NCBI GenBank assembly: GCA_040767525.1
Contig: JAXGOJ010000007.1
Location: 825 to 64,824, forward strand
Origin: Bacillota bacterium
Lineage (GTDB): Bacteria > Bacillota > Sulfobacillia > Fermentithermobacillales > Fermentithermobacillaceae
Reading direction: 5' to 3'
Length of the DNA stretch: 64,000 nucleotides
Part shown: in pieces, positions 1 to 9,396 of the stretch
How the letters are laid out: each line of letters begins with the position of its first letter
How positions within the stretch are numbered: the first letter of the stretch is position 1
The notes under the pieces: generated by a model
What the model saw: only the letters and a program-made list of their open reading frames with translations
The model's database searches: none
What the model was told of the DNA's origin: nothing
Made by a program: the position numbers and the translations under genes

Positions 1-465
1 TATTCCGTTACCAATAGACTCATAGACCTGTTTAAATGGAAGCCTCTCAAGGCATATGTCATATTCATCGCCTTCAAGAGGTGCCAACCTAAGCCCTCTG
101 GCCAAGAATATGGTCATCTTCTCAGTGGAATACCCAATCGCAGGCCAGTATGTATAAAGAGGTATAAGATCGGCGCAATCGTATCCTGTTTCTTCTCGAA
201 GTTCCCGTTTTGCCGCCTCTTCAGGAGTCTCTCCGGGATCGATTGTGCCCGCGGGTATCTCCACAGTATAATCGCCTCTTGCATACCTGTACTGCCGGAC
301 CAGGTAAATATCAAGATTGGTGTCAAGAGCAACTATCGATACTGTATCGGGCCTGTCAACGATTTCCCTTGTGATTTCCCGTCCCTGTCCGGTCAAAACA
401 GTGTCTATTCTAACCGAGAGTATGCGGCCCTTAAAAACTGTTCGTTTAGACATGGGTTTTTCCAT
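1..465 (-). CDS. NUDIX hydrolase (ADP-ribose pyrophosphatase-like); its C-terminal end lies beyond the window edge
   Basis: Absent from the ORF track because it stays open to position 1. Hand translation of the minus strand from ATG 465 (second ATG at 453) gives MEKPMSKRTVFKGRILSVRIDTVLTGQGREITREIVDRPDTVSIVALDTNLDIYLVRQYRYARGDYTVEIPAGTIDPGETPEEAAKRELREETGYDCADL... This contains a canonical Nudix box (GX5EX7REUXEEXGU) at about 181-249. An AAGGGG SD-like sequence lies at 474-479. Confidence 0.8.
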   Translation of the reverse strand, partial: MEKPMSKRTVFKGRILSVRIDTVLTGQGREITREIVDRPDTVSIVALDTNLDIYLVRQYRYARGDYTVEIPAGTIDPGETPEEAAKRELREETGYDCADLIPLYTYWPAIGYSTEKMTIFLARGLRLAPLEGDEYDICLERLPFKQVYESIGNGI

Positions 466-624
466 CACGCTAACCCCCTTACCATACATATTTGGCACAT
501 CTAATCGACACCTCGATACTATGATTCAATTTAACATACATGGGGGATCTATCCCAGGCACAATAAATTGTGTGGCCGTCTTTGTTGATGAAATAGCCAG
601 GGCCTTTCCCCTGTCTCCCTTTAA

Positions 625-653
625 TGAAACGTTAGGACCGTCCCCCCGTTTCA
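625..653. promoter_or_regulatory. 29-nt imperfect palindrome TGAAACG-N15-CGTTTCA, copy A, in the divergent nudix/tldD intergenic region
   Basis: Sequence TGAAACGTTAGGACCGTCCCCCCGTTTCA, 27/29 identical to 9349-9377. The inner GGACCGTCC is itself palindromic. The right arm GTCCCCCCGTTTCA (640-653) is tandemly duplicated at 654-667. Confidence 0.5.
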
Positions 654-808
654 GTCCCCCCGTTTCACGGACCGGGCTCCGTTTAAATGGAGGTAACTGG
701 ATAACCGGTGTAGAATGAAGCATGCAATTGTGTTTGTGCATCGCCAATGGGCACTGATAAAGCCAGGGGCAACAGAAAACCCCGGGCTGAGGTAACACAA
801 GGAGGGGT

Positions 809-2190
809 ATGCTTGTACAATGTGAACCTGCATAACTACGCGAGACTCTGTACAGCCTATACCGAACTAAGGGTACAGGAAAATCAAACGTGCAAATCGC
901 CTTCGTTAAGGCAACAACACAGCCAACTCCCGTTCATCTACAAGCGGTGTATCTGCCAGAGTATACAGCAATGGATCATGGGGGTTTGCGTCTAACCCCG
1001 AAATAACTGAAGGCGCAGTCAAATCAGTAATACAAACTGCAACTGACAATGCCCTGTTTCTGGATTCAAGAGAGGGCAAGGGCAAAGGGCCCCTACCCAT
1101 GGCCCCGGTTTCTTTTGAAAAAGACTTTTCGACTACTAAACCCAGGCTCGGGCAAAAAGAACTGGTTGAGTTCGTAAAGGAGCTTGATGATCACATAGCC
1201 CGCAATTATCCGAAACTTGCCAGCAGGGCCCTGTCCCTTAGCTGCCTGGATATGAAGAAAACACTTCTTACATCAGATGGATCCTATTCTTATTCCATGA
1301 TTCCAAGAAGTTTCATTTACGTCGGGCTCTCCCTCCTGAAGGACGGGCAACCCGTAGAACTGTCTGAGGTATACGGCGGCAGAGGCCAGTTTGAAGATCG
1401 ATTCAGCTCGCCGCAGAACCTGTTTGATGACATTGAACGCCAGTACGAGCACCTGACAAAAAAGAGTGAAGGAGCCTTCGCGAATGCAGGGCTGAGAACA
1501 TGTGTACTCTCTGCCGACCTTGCAGGCATTCTGGCACATGAGGCCATAGGACATACCACTGAGGCAGACATGGTTATGAGCGGATCAGTAGCAGAAGGCA
1601 AAATCGGGAAGCAAGTATCCAGCCCTCTCATAACTCTGGTAGACTTCGCCAATTCACGGGAAGGCGAAATCTGCCCGGTACCTGTGTATGTCGACGATGA
1701 AGGCACAAAGGCAGAAGATGCAGTCATAATTGAAAACGGCATTCTGCGGAACTACCTGCACAATAAGGAAAGTGCCAAACATTTCGGAGTCACACCTACA
1801 GGTAATGCCCGGGCTTTCCAGTTTTCAGATGAACCCCTTATACGCATGAGAAATACAGCCATACTGCCAGGTAACGATAGACTGGAGGACATGATTGCAT
1901 CAATTGATGACGGCTACTACCTTGTAAGGCCAAGCAACGGCCAGGCCGACTCTACTAGCGAGTTTATGTTTGGCATAATCCTTGGATACGAAATCAAAAA
2001 CGGCAAGATTGGAAAAGCCATAAAAGATACAACTATCTCAGGGGTAGCCTTCGACATGCTTAATACAGTCACTATGGTATCTCGAGACATGAAGTGGAAA
2101 AGTGGTGGGATGTGCGGCAAGAAACAGCCTATACCTGTGGGAATGGGTGGGCCTGCTATTAAATGCAAAGTTAACATAGGAGGTAGGTAG
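809..2190 (+). CDS. tldD: TldD-family metalloprotease; frame broken twice near 894-911 (largest intact ORF 1099-2190)
   Basis: ORF 1099-2190 carries HEAIGHTTEAD (HExxxH). The same frame stays open upstream to 910 (GNNTANSRSSTSGVSARVYSNGSWGFASNPE). After two 1-nt breaks it continues as YTELRVQENQTCK in the frame of ORF 747-995. RBS AAGGAGG at 799-805; the start is ATG 809 or GTG 822 (unresolved). Total about 460 aa, as expected for TldD. Confidence 0.8.
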
Positions 2191-2192
2191 AC

Positions 2193-3489
2193 GTGGAAAA
2201 CCCCAGACAGGTGGCAAAATACGGTCTGGATGCCCTGCTCAAAGCAGGGGCTGATAAGGCTCAATGCAGTCTCACACTCACCGATAAACATGAAATGAAT
2301 GTGGAACTTGGGAAATTCACCCTTCTGAGAACCACATTCGATACCCGAATTGGCCTTACTGCCATAAAAGGCAATAGAAGAGGTTCAACAAGTATAAACA
2401 AATCAGATAATCATGCATTGGACAATGCAGCAACCGATGTGGTTGCCATAGCCGGGGCTTCCGCCCCTGATGAGGCAAACGATATTGCCAGAGCCCAACC
2501 TCCGGCTGTGTTTTCGTCTGGAAGTGACTCGCCGGACCTGGACAAAATGCATTTCAGAATGAAAGAATTACTTCAAACAGTCCAAACCCGGTACCCAAAA
2601 CTAGTGCTCATGCAGGCATACCTTGATTTCACACACTCGAGAAATTACTTTCTGAACTCAAACGGCGTTGATTTCGTCACAAACAAGGGAGTGTATAGCT
2701 GCACTGTTATCTTCTCATCCAAAGACGAGGAAAAAGTGTCTTCATTTAATTACACAGGCTTCTCCCTCAAAGATCTTGAGAAAGACTTACTCGAGCTGCG
2801 GTTCACTAAATACTCTCTTGCACCAATCCGCTGAGCAAATCAGTACCAAGCCTCTGCAAGGTAAGTTCGTGGGTGACGTGATCATTACTCCTGACTGCCT
2901 GGGCGACATGTTATATTTCGTGTCAGGCTCCCTGGGCGACGGGCCAATGATATCAGGAACCAGCGTCTATAAGGACAAACTCAACGAGCAAATTGCCAGC
3001 CCTATATTGACCCTGCATTCACGTCCTGTCTCTGAGGAAATATGTGACGGCTATTTTATGACATCAGACGGCTATGCCGCTCAAAACAGCACTATCATCG
3101 AATCCGGCGTGCTTAAGACATTTCTCCTGAGCCTCTACGGTGCACGGAAAACCGGCCTTGACATTGCCGTTAACAACGGCGGTGCCTTCGTTGTAGACCC
3201 GGGTAATGCGTCGCTTGATAACATGGTGAGATCCGTAAAAAAAGGCATACTCCTTGCAAGATTCTCAGGAGGATACCCAGGTGACAATGGAGATTTTTCC
3301 GGTGTAGCCAAAAACAGCTACTTGATTGAAAACGGGAAAATCATATGCCCCATAAGCGAATCCATGATTTCAGGCAACTTCGTGGATATGCTGAAGAACA
3401 TAAAAGCCATATCCCGTGAACGGATAAACTACGGATTTGCTGTTTTGCCATGGATTGCAGCTTCGGGGGTTACGGTATCAGGGAAATGA
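2193..3489 (+). CDS. pmbA: PmbA/TldE-family protease partner of TldD; one frame break near 2795
   Basis: ORFs 2193-2834 and 2668-3489 overlap in different frames. The junction reads ...SLKDLEKDLLE / GSLNTLLHQSAEQISTKPLQGKFVGDVIITPDCLGDM. The combined length is about 432 aa. The gene starts 3 nt after the tldD stop, the usual tldD-pmbA pairing. Confidence 0.8.
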
Positions 3490-3577
3490 GTTTTAGACGG
3501 CATGGGCTTCGAAAAGTTATGCCCAAATCTTTCCGGTTTGGTAGGCTTACAAGTTCCAGAGCTTAATATAAGGAGAA

Positions 3578-3612
3578 TCAGCCGGCCGTCAAAACGGCCG
3601 GTTGATTTGTGG
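3578..3612. terminator. Hairpin between the convergent pmbA and 3652-4293 genes (putative intrinsic terminator)
   Basis: TCAGCCGGCCG-tcaaaa-CGGCCGGTTGA (11-bp stem with one G-T pair), followed by TTTGTG. Confidence 0.55.
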
Positions 3613-3651
3613 GTCCCATATGTTCAGTAAACCAACTAACCCCTGGAGCAC

Positions 3652-4293
3652 CTACTTACGGCTTTTCGTACACCCGTGTCTGCCTTTTCGGGATCTCTCC
3701 CCCGTATCCCTATCAGTCAAATCCTGTCCACCGGATACCCGGATTTCCAGCTGAATCTCCTGGCTTTTTGGAACATTGATCTTGTTAGAAGCCAGCTCAG
3801 AATAAGAGCCATTATCAACACGGAAAATGGCCTGGATAGGCACTTCGATTTCCCTCTTCCCGGCACAAGCCCTTAGCCTGGGTTCCACAGTCTGAGAAAT
3901 ACCTGGCAAGGAATCAAGATCTTCACTGGGAACAGGGGCCAATCGTGGGCTGAAACCTGTGTACACAGCAGGCCTAAGAATTATGTCAGCAGGCGAAATT
4001 CCCATTGCCTTCTGCACGTAACTTGTTATTGCCTGGCTATAGTAACCACCGTATTCGGGCTGTATATAAAAACCTAATATTGCACCGGCTATTCCTTCTG
4101 AACACCCTCTGAAAACGCGATGAACCCTCAAAACCCTCCTGGATTCGTCTATACTCGCTGACATGAAAACCTTCTTGTTATTCGTATATACCAATTCCAA
4201 GCCCACTGCCCGAGCCTTCTGTCTCAAAAGATCCATCGTTATCGTTTCCCCCTCCGATCCATTACCAACCTGAACTCTGACAAGCTCAATCAC
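3652..4293 (-). CDS. Hypothetical protein (213 aa)
   Basis: Clean ORF convergent with pmbA. I recognise no catalytic motif. The C-terminal third is low-complexity and basic. Confidence 0.55.
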   Translation of the reverse strand: MIELVRVQVGNGSEGETITMDLLRQKARAVGLELVYTNNKKVFMSASIDESRRVLRVHRVFRGCSEGIAGAILGFYIQPEYGGYYSQAITSYVQKAMGISPADIILRPAVYTGFSPRLAPVPSEDLDSLPGISQTVEPRLRACAGKREIEVPIQAIFRVDNGSYSELASNKINVPKSQEIQLEIRVSGGQDLTDRDTGERSRKGRHGCTKSRK

Positions 4294-4550
4294 TTATCAA
4301 AAACGGCTGTCTCCTACAGGTATTCTATGCCCGCCGCTTTCTCCCGGACATAGCCCCTGCGTTGCCTTACCCGGGATGGCACCGGCGTTGTCCAAGGATA
4401 CTGTCTCTCAGGCAACAAAAGGACAAGGGAAAATACCTGGTTGCTCTCGCAACTGGATATGCCTCTCCCCTGCCCAGTTCTCACATCTCATATGAGGGCT
4501 TTCACCCCATAACTGTCTAACGATGTTTACTTACATACAACAACTATTGA

Positions 4551-4874
4551 TCAGTAATCGCAATCCTTCTCATCGCCGCATTGCTCTTTTTCAAAGAAGA
4601 ATACCTTGATCACAAATTCCTGGCATGATGGGACACCGAACATAAACTGGCCGCACTTGTCTGTAAACGCAAAGGTAACCGGAACCAGTTTGCACTGATC
4701 TTTCGTGGGCTGATAGAACAATTTGACAACAGCATTTTCCACAGGCCTGCCGTCAGGGAACTTCACAACTCCGTGGATAACCGCCCTTTCTTCTTTCTCG
4801 AGTTTGAGGAAGATATCTCGCTCTTCATTGGGTGCCAGAGCCTTCACTTTGAAGGTTAAAAGTTTAAAACCCAC
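4551..4874 (-). CDS. Small protein with a carboxypeptidase-regulatory-like (Ig/prealbumin-type) beta domain; function unknown
   Basis: 107-aa ORF. The segment VIHGVVKFPDGRPVENAVVKLF...TDKCGQFMF matches the G-x-V-x-D...P-x-x-A-x-V...T-D-x-x-G-x-F pattern of CarboxypepD_reg-like domains. It has a Cys/acidic tail. Confidence 0.55.
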   Translation of the reverse strand: MGFKLLTFKVKALAPNEERDIFLKLEKEERAVIHGVVKFPDGRPVENAVVKLFYQPTKDQCKLVPVTFAFTDKCGQFMFGVPSCQEFVIKVFFFEKEQCGDEKDCDY

Positions 4875-5043
4875 CTATCAACACGATCTTGCTTGATGAT
4901 TACTGGGATATATTATGTTATGTTGCAAGGAGGTGTGATAGTTTAACCGGGTTACGGTGAGGTTCAGGTATTCTGAAGGTAACCCCGTAGCGTATACTTG
5001 ATTAAGGTCCTAATAATCTCCAACTTGATGGAGGTGACTCATT

Positions 5044-5883
5044 GTGAAGATACTACTGCACGGCTGCAACGGAAGAATGGGACAGGTGATGACCAGAATA
5101 ATCACAGAATTTCAACAGCGGGAGTCCGTTCAGGTGGCTCCGGGCACCGGCTCAACTAATGACTCCCATAAGACCTCCGAGCTGAAGATAATCTGCGGAG
5201 TTGACCTTGACCCTAACAAGATCGAGAACAGTTACCCTGTGTACCCCTCCCTGGATCAGGTTCCAGCCGGCAAGAACCCTGACGTGCTCGTGGACTTCTC
5301 CCACCACAGCTGCATTGCAGGGCTGCTTGATTTCGGCATAGCCAGGCAGACTCCCCTGGTCATCTGCACTACAGGGTATACTGCCGGGGAGCAACAGCTA
5401 ATCAAAGAAGCATCTCATAAAGTACCTGTGCTCATGTCTGCCAATATGTCTTTAGGCATCAACCTGCTCCTTGCGCTGGTGGCAAAGGCAGCCACTGTGC
5501 TAGGAGAATCGTTCGACATCGAGATTGTGGAAAAACACCATAACCAGAAGGTAGACTCGCCAAGCGGAACTGCAATGATGATTGCTGAAGCAATAAACAC
5601 GAGCCTAGGCCATGGCATGGAATATATATATGGACGACACGGCAGAGATGCGAAGGTAAGCAAGAGAAAGAAGAACGAGATTGGAATCCACGCAGTACGC
5701 GGAGGAGCTATTGTAGGAGAACATGACGTAGTTTTTGCAGGCCAGGGAGAAGTAATTGAGATAAGGCACTCGGCTCTTTCAAGAGATGTGTTTGCATACG
5801 GCGCAATTAAGGCTGCAAGGTTCTTGGCCGGCAAAGAGTCCGGCCTTTACAGCATGAAAGATGTAGTTGAAGCCGGAAGTTGA
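5044..5883 (+). CDS. dapB: 4-hydroxy-tetrahydrodipicolinate reductase
   Basis: N-terminal NAD(P) fold HGCNGRMGQ and the DapB signature EIVEKHHNQKVDSPSGTA. GTG start preceded by GGAGGTG. Carries an insert of about 25 aa after the first beta-alpha unit. Confidence 0.9.
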   Translation: MKILLHGCNGRMGQVMTRIITEFQQRESVQVAPGTGSTNDSHKTSELKIICGVDLDPNKIENSYPVYPSLDQVPAGKNPDVLVDFSHHSCIAGLLDFGIARQTPLVICTTGYTAGEQQLIKEASHKVPVLMSANMSLGINLLLALVAKAATVLGESFDIEIVEKHHNQKVDSPSGTAMMIAEAINTSLGHGMEYIYGRHGRDAKVSKRKKNEIGIHAVRGGAIVGEHDVVFAGQGEVIEIRHSALSRDVFAYGAIKAARFLAGKESGLYSMKDVVEAGS

Positions 5884-5993
5884 AGAATGAAGAAAACCAG
5901 CCTTCCACCTGTACACCTGCACCCAGGCAGGATACCTGCGCGGTAAGTCACACTCAATCCTGGATACCTGCGAACAGACCAGGAGGAGATAAA

Positions 5994-6428
5994 ATGAAGA
6001 TCAAGCCCAGGAACATACTTTGGGGATTGGCGCTCCTAAGTGTAGCCTGTGTGTTGCTTGCAAGCGGTTGTTCAACAGCAGCGCTGGGAGCGTCAAGGAG
6101 AAAGGGCCCGGGCAACCAGGCGGAAACACCTTCTACCGGAACCCGAAACCCAAATTCCGAACCGTCGAACAACCGCACGGTAGAGGCCACCCTTTACTTC
6201 AGCGACGATCAGGCCATGGAAGTCCTGCCTGAGAAACGAACAGTAGAGGTAACCGAAGATGAGGCTCAAATGCCTATAGAGAAGATTGCTGTCCTTGAGC
6301 TCCTTAAGGGGCCCAAGGATGCAAACCTGAGAAAGACTCTGCCGCCTGAGGCCAAACTCCTTTCTATCGAAGTGAAAGACGGAGTTGCAGGTCAAAGTAA
6401 AAGGGCCTTTAGGAGCCAGTATCCTTAA
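5994..6428 (+). CDS. GerM-domain lipoprotein (sporulation/germination-associated), apparently C-terminally short
   Basis: RBS AGGAGGAG plus ATG 5994. Signal peptide and lipobox MKIKPRNILWGLALLSVACVLLASGC. GerM-like core TLYFSDDQAMEVLPEKRTVEV...LELLKGPKDANLRKTLPPEAKLLSIEVKDGVA. The domain stops about 50 aa early. Confidence 0.65.
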   Translation: MKIKPRNILWGLALLSVACVLLASGCSTAALGASRRKGPGNQAETPSTGTRNPNSEPSNNRTVEATLYFSDDQAMEVLPEKRTVEVTEDEAQMPIEKIAVLELLKGPKDANLRKTLPPEAKLLSIEVKDGVAGQSKRAFRSQYP

Positions 6429-6480
6429 GGCCTTTTTTGTTGCATTCTTAAGTACTATAGGGACAAACCCACCTTGGGCC

Positions 6481-7455
6481 TCACATGCTTTCTATCTTCT
6501 TCCACATATCTTTAATGCTGTTACCTGCAGGACAATCATAGGCAGTCACAGCGTGCCCGTTTACCATAGTCTTTGGAACCATATCGTCGTATGGCACAAG
6601 CCCTATGACCTTGTGGCCTGCTTCTTCGCATGTTTTCTGTATGAGGCGAGTGTTGTCAATATCAATGTCCCATTTATTTATGCATACCATGACAGGAACG
6701 TTGAAATGCCGGCAGACCTGAATCACTCGTTCAAGATCGTGGATGCCCGACAGTGTAGGTTCAGTCACCACAAGGGCTGTACTTGCTCCAGACAAAGCAG
6801 CAATCACAGGGCAACCGATTCCGGGGGGCCCGTCAGTAATTATCAAGCCTCTACCCTCTTCCTGTCCAATTTCCCGTGCTTTCTGCCTGACTGCGGCCAC
6901 AAGCATGCCTGAATTCTCTTCACCAGGTTCTAGGCGGGCATGTACTAAAGGGCCATGCTTGGTATCAGAAACATACCAATGCCCTGATAGTACTTCTTGC
7001 ATTGTAATTGCATTTACAGGGCAGATGCGGGCACAAAGATTGCACCCTTCACACGATAGAAAATCTACTTCAAATCCTGGCCCACTATCCTGTTGGTGAG
7101 GCCCGTCATTCTTCTCGATTCTCTTTATCGCATCAAACCTGCAGATTTCCTCACAGGCGCCACACCCTGTGCAAAGACTGCCATCGATGTAACCTTTGCT
7201 TGATACTCTGAACTCAACACTCTCCTTAGTTACAGGGCGGAGCAAGAGGCCGAGATTAGCAGCATCAACATCACAATCACAAAACACTGCGTTTTGGGCA
7301 AGTTCAGCGAAACTTCCTGCAATAGAAGTCTTCCCAGTGCCGCCTTTGCCGCTGATTACAACCAGTTCCTTAATGCCGGTTGTACGACTTACGCTGGCTT
7401 TGTCATCTGTATCAATGGCCTTGTTTATGTCGGTCGTATCGGTTACACCGGTCAA
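6481..7455 (-). CDS. MinD/Mrp-superfamily P-loop ATPase with an inserted 2x[4Fe-4S] ferredoxin cassette (COG1149-like), paralog 1
   Basis: Deviant Walker A at GKGGTGKTS. Two CxxCxxCxxxC motifs (CTGCGACEEIC, CEGCNLCARIC). The MinD-like C-terminal half contains ITDGPPGIGC. Confidence 0.8.
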   Translation of the reverse strand: MTGVTDTTDINKAIDTDDKASVSRTTGIKELVVISGKGGTGKTSIAGSFAELAQNAVFCDCDVDAANLGLLLRPVTKESVEFRVSSKGYIDGSLCTGCGACEEICRFDAIKRIEKNDGPHQQDSGPGFEVDFLSCEGCNLCARICPVNAITMQEVLSGHWYVSDTKHGPLVHARLEPGEENSGMLVAAVRQKAREIGQEEGRGLIITDGPPGIGCPVIAALSGASTALVVTEPTLSGIHDLERVIQVCRHFNVPVMVCINKWDIDIDNTRLIQKTCEEAGHKVIGLVPYDDMVPKTMVNGHAVTAYDCPAGNSIKDMWKKIESM

Positions 7456-7456
7456 T

Positions 7457-8620
7457 TCAAAGCCCCCCTTCTTCTTTTGTGTCCAGGTAAGACCTTGACC
7501 ACGGATTATTTTTAGGTTGGGCCTTAGAATTACCCCTGGCGACTTGGCTTGCGGCGCTTTGGGCCAGTTTTGATGTTGCTTTGAGCAAATCCCAAAACTT
7601 CTGCAAATAGTCTTCTGAACCTATCACCAGGGGAATTCCTTTTGCATACAATTCGGCGATTTTACGATCGAGAGGGATTTCAAGCAAAACCGGAATCCCC
7701 TTATCAGCGCAGAATTCCTTTACCCTCAAATCCCCCAAATCGCACCTGTTAGTCACAACACCACAGGGAACCCCAAGCTTTCCAACGGTATCTACAGCAA
7801 GTTCAAGGTCATGGAGGCCAAAAGGTGTAGGCTCAGTAACCAATAGGCAAAAATCGGTGTCTCTTACCGATTCGACCATGCTGCACGACGTGCCCGGCGG
7901 AGTGTCGATGATTACAAGGCTGTCGTTTTCAGCAGTACGTTTAACCTGGCTGATTACAGGAGGCGCAAGGGCCTCGCCTGGATTCAGAATCCCATGAGTA
8001 AAACGAATTCTGTTGACCGAATAGCCGGCCGCTGATTCTGGGTCGTCTAGTAAATCATTACTTCTTGATAAATCACCACTACTAAGTGATCTATCCCTGC
8101 CCGACAGATCATTATTACCGGAATCAATGTGGGAACTGTGAAGGCCGGTTTTGGCGAGTTTACCAACGTCAACATACCCGGACTCGAGAATACCAACAAG
8201 GCGAGGCACTTCAACTATGGCCTTGGAGGGGCACAGCAGTGAACAAGCGCCGCATCCATGGCAAAGCTCAGGAAATACCAGAACCATATGTTTGCCCGGC
8301 ATTATTGCATGGAAGGCACATACATCTCCGCAGGCGCCGCAATAGGTGCACTTATCCTCATCGACCTCAGGTACAGGTACTGTAACCTCCTGCTTCTCCT
8401 CAATCTCTGGTTTGAGGAAAATATGGCAGTTAGGTTCTTCGACATCACAATCAAGAACCTGTACTCTGGTTTCCATTTGATTCTCAGATCCCCTTGAGCA
8501 TTCGCCCGTTAAACCTCTGGCAGACTCGCCTGCCATCCGGTAGTAAGCGGCTATAGCCAGATTCACTGCAATCGTAGTCTTGCCTGTGCCACCCTTTCCG
8601 CTTGCAATCGATATTCGCAT
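7457..8620 (-). CDS. MinD/Mrp-superfamily P-loop ATPase with an inserted 2x[4Fe-4S] ferredoxin cassette (COG1149-like), paralog 2
   Basis: The likely start MRISIASGKGGTGKTT at 8620 lies inside ORF 7457-8638. Cys motifs CTYCGACGDVC and CHGCGACSLLC. A Ser/Asp-rich insert of about 40 aa follows (SSHIDSGNNDLSGRDRSLSSGDLSRSNDLL). The stop lies 1 nt before the next gene's start. Confidence 0.8.
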   Translation of the reverse strand: MRISIASGKGGTGKTTIAVNLAIAAYYRMAGESARGLTGECSRGSENQMETRVQVLDCDVEEPNCHIFLKPEIEEKQEVTVPVPEVDEDKCTYCGACGDVCAFHAIMPGKHMVLVFPELCHGCGACSLLCPSKAIVEVPRLVGILESGYVDVGKLAKTGLHSSHIDSGNNDLSGRDRSLSSGDLSRSNDLLDDPESAAGYSVNRIRFTHGILNPGEALAPPVISQVKRTAENDSLVIIDTPPGTSCSMVESVRDTDFCLLVTEPTPFGLHDLELAVDTVGKLGVPCGVVTNRCDLGDLRVKEFCADKGIPVLLEIPLDRKIAELYAKGIPLVIGSEDYLQKFWDLLKATSKLAQSAASQVARGNSKAQPKNNPWSRSYLDTKEEGGL

Positions 8621-8785
8621 TAATGGGCCTCCTATCATATTTACGCTAACTCCCGCCGGGCCGGATCGTATACCCCAAAAGCCGGTGCCGAAAGCCTTTC
8701 ACTGGCCCGTGAAGCAAACCCTTCAACAATCCTGTATCTCTGTAAATGAAACCAGGGGCTTTATGGCTGGCCCGTTCCCCTAAAC

Positions 8786-8817
8786 AAGAGCAAGGGCAGA
8801 AGAAAACCCTTGCTCTT
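8786..8817 (-). terminator. Stem-loop just after the DUF5320 gene (possible intra-operon attenuator or processing site)
   Basis: AAGAGCAAGGG-N10-CCCTTGCTCTT, a perfect 11-bp stem, 13 nt downstream of the stop at 8830. On the transcribed (minus) strand only a weak U-tract follows. Confidence 0.35.
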
Positions 8818-8829
8818 TTGACGGTCAAC

Positions 8830-9284
8830 TTACTTGCTGTCGCTGTCTTTATCTTCTTTGTTTGCACTGCGCAGTTCTTCAAGCCTTCCGGTTATCTGGC
8901 TGAGCCTGGCTTGAATTGCCTCAAGATCTTCATTCAGAATATCCACTTCATCTGCAAGTAGTGCTTCTTCGTCAACAGAACCCACAGGCTGGTTCCAGGG
9001 AATCCCGTAAGGATCTACAGGAGGGGCATAATGGCCTGCATAATAGGGATGGTCATACAAACCTCTATCCCAAAGGGGCCCTCGTCCAAGTCCTCTTCCG
9101 AATCCTCGCCCCGTTCCTCTTCTAAATCCTCTTCCAGGTCTTCTTCCAAATCCAAGGCCTCTGCCAAGGCTTCCTCTTCCGCCTGGATACATATAGCCCG
9201 GAGCTGGATAACCTGCGCAACAACCAAGTCCTCTACCCGACATTGGCCGAGACCTCTCGGACCTGTTCTATCTCCAGCTGGCAT
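8830..9284 (-). CDS. DUF5320-like protein (Gly/Arg-rich N-terminal half, C-terminal coiled coil); one frame break near 9245
   Basis: ORF 8830-9243 gives GRGLGFGRRPGRGFRRGTGRGFGRGLGRG followed by the helix EDLEAIQARLSQITGRLEELR. The family-typical N-terminus MPAGDRTGPRGLG is in another frame (ORF 9015-9284, ATG 9284, RBS AAAGGGGA). Adding one base in GG 9245-9246 joins the two. Confidence 0.7.
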
Positions 9285-9348
9285 CTTGTTTCCCCTTTCA
9301 TAATTTTCGATCTTGCTCCCTGGTTCAAAACTGCCAATTCACAAGCTG

Positions 9349-9377
9349 TGAAACGATAGGACCGTCCCCGCGTTTCA
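9349..9377. promoter_or_regulatory. 29-nt imperfect palindrome TGAAACG-N15-CGTTTCA, copy B, between the NifX-like and DUF5320 genes
   Basis: Sequence TGAAACGATAGGACCGTCCCCGCGTTTCA, 27/29 identical to 625-653. Confidence 0.5.
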
Positions 9378-9396
9378 ATGAATACTTCCTTGGGCA

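Noticed and set aside
466-808. A degraded gene or ncRNA filling the 343-bp nudix/tldD spacer (ORFs 317-718, 526-798, 651-833)
   Set aside because: The translations have no recognisable motifs and overlap one another, and I cannot match any known RNA family by eye. Only the palindromic element is supportable.
1317-1742. Antisense or alternative-frame ORFs inside longer conserved genes (for example 1317-1742, 5415-5834, 6385-6912, 26393-26884, 33148-33612, 44367-44729, 57602-58114)
   Set aside because: They are shadow ORFs inside genes with clear family motifs on the other strand or frame. They have low-complexity or Pro/Ser/Arg-rich translations and no RBS.
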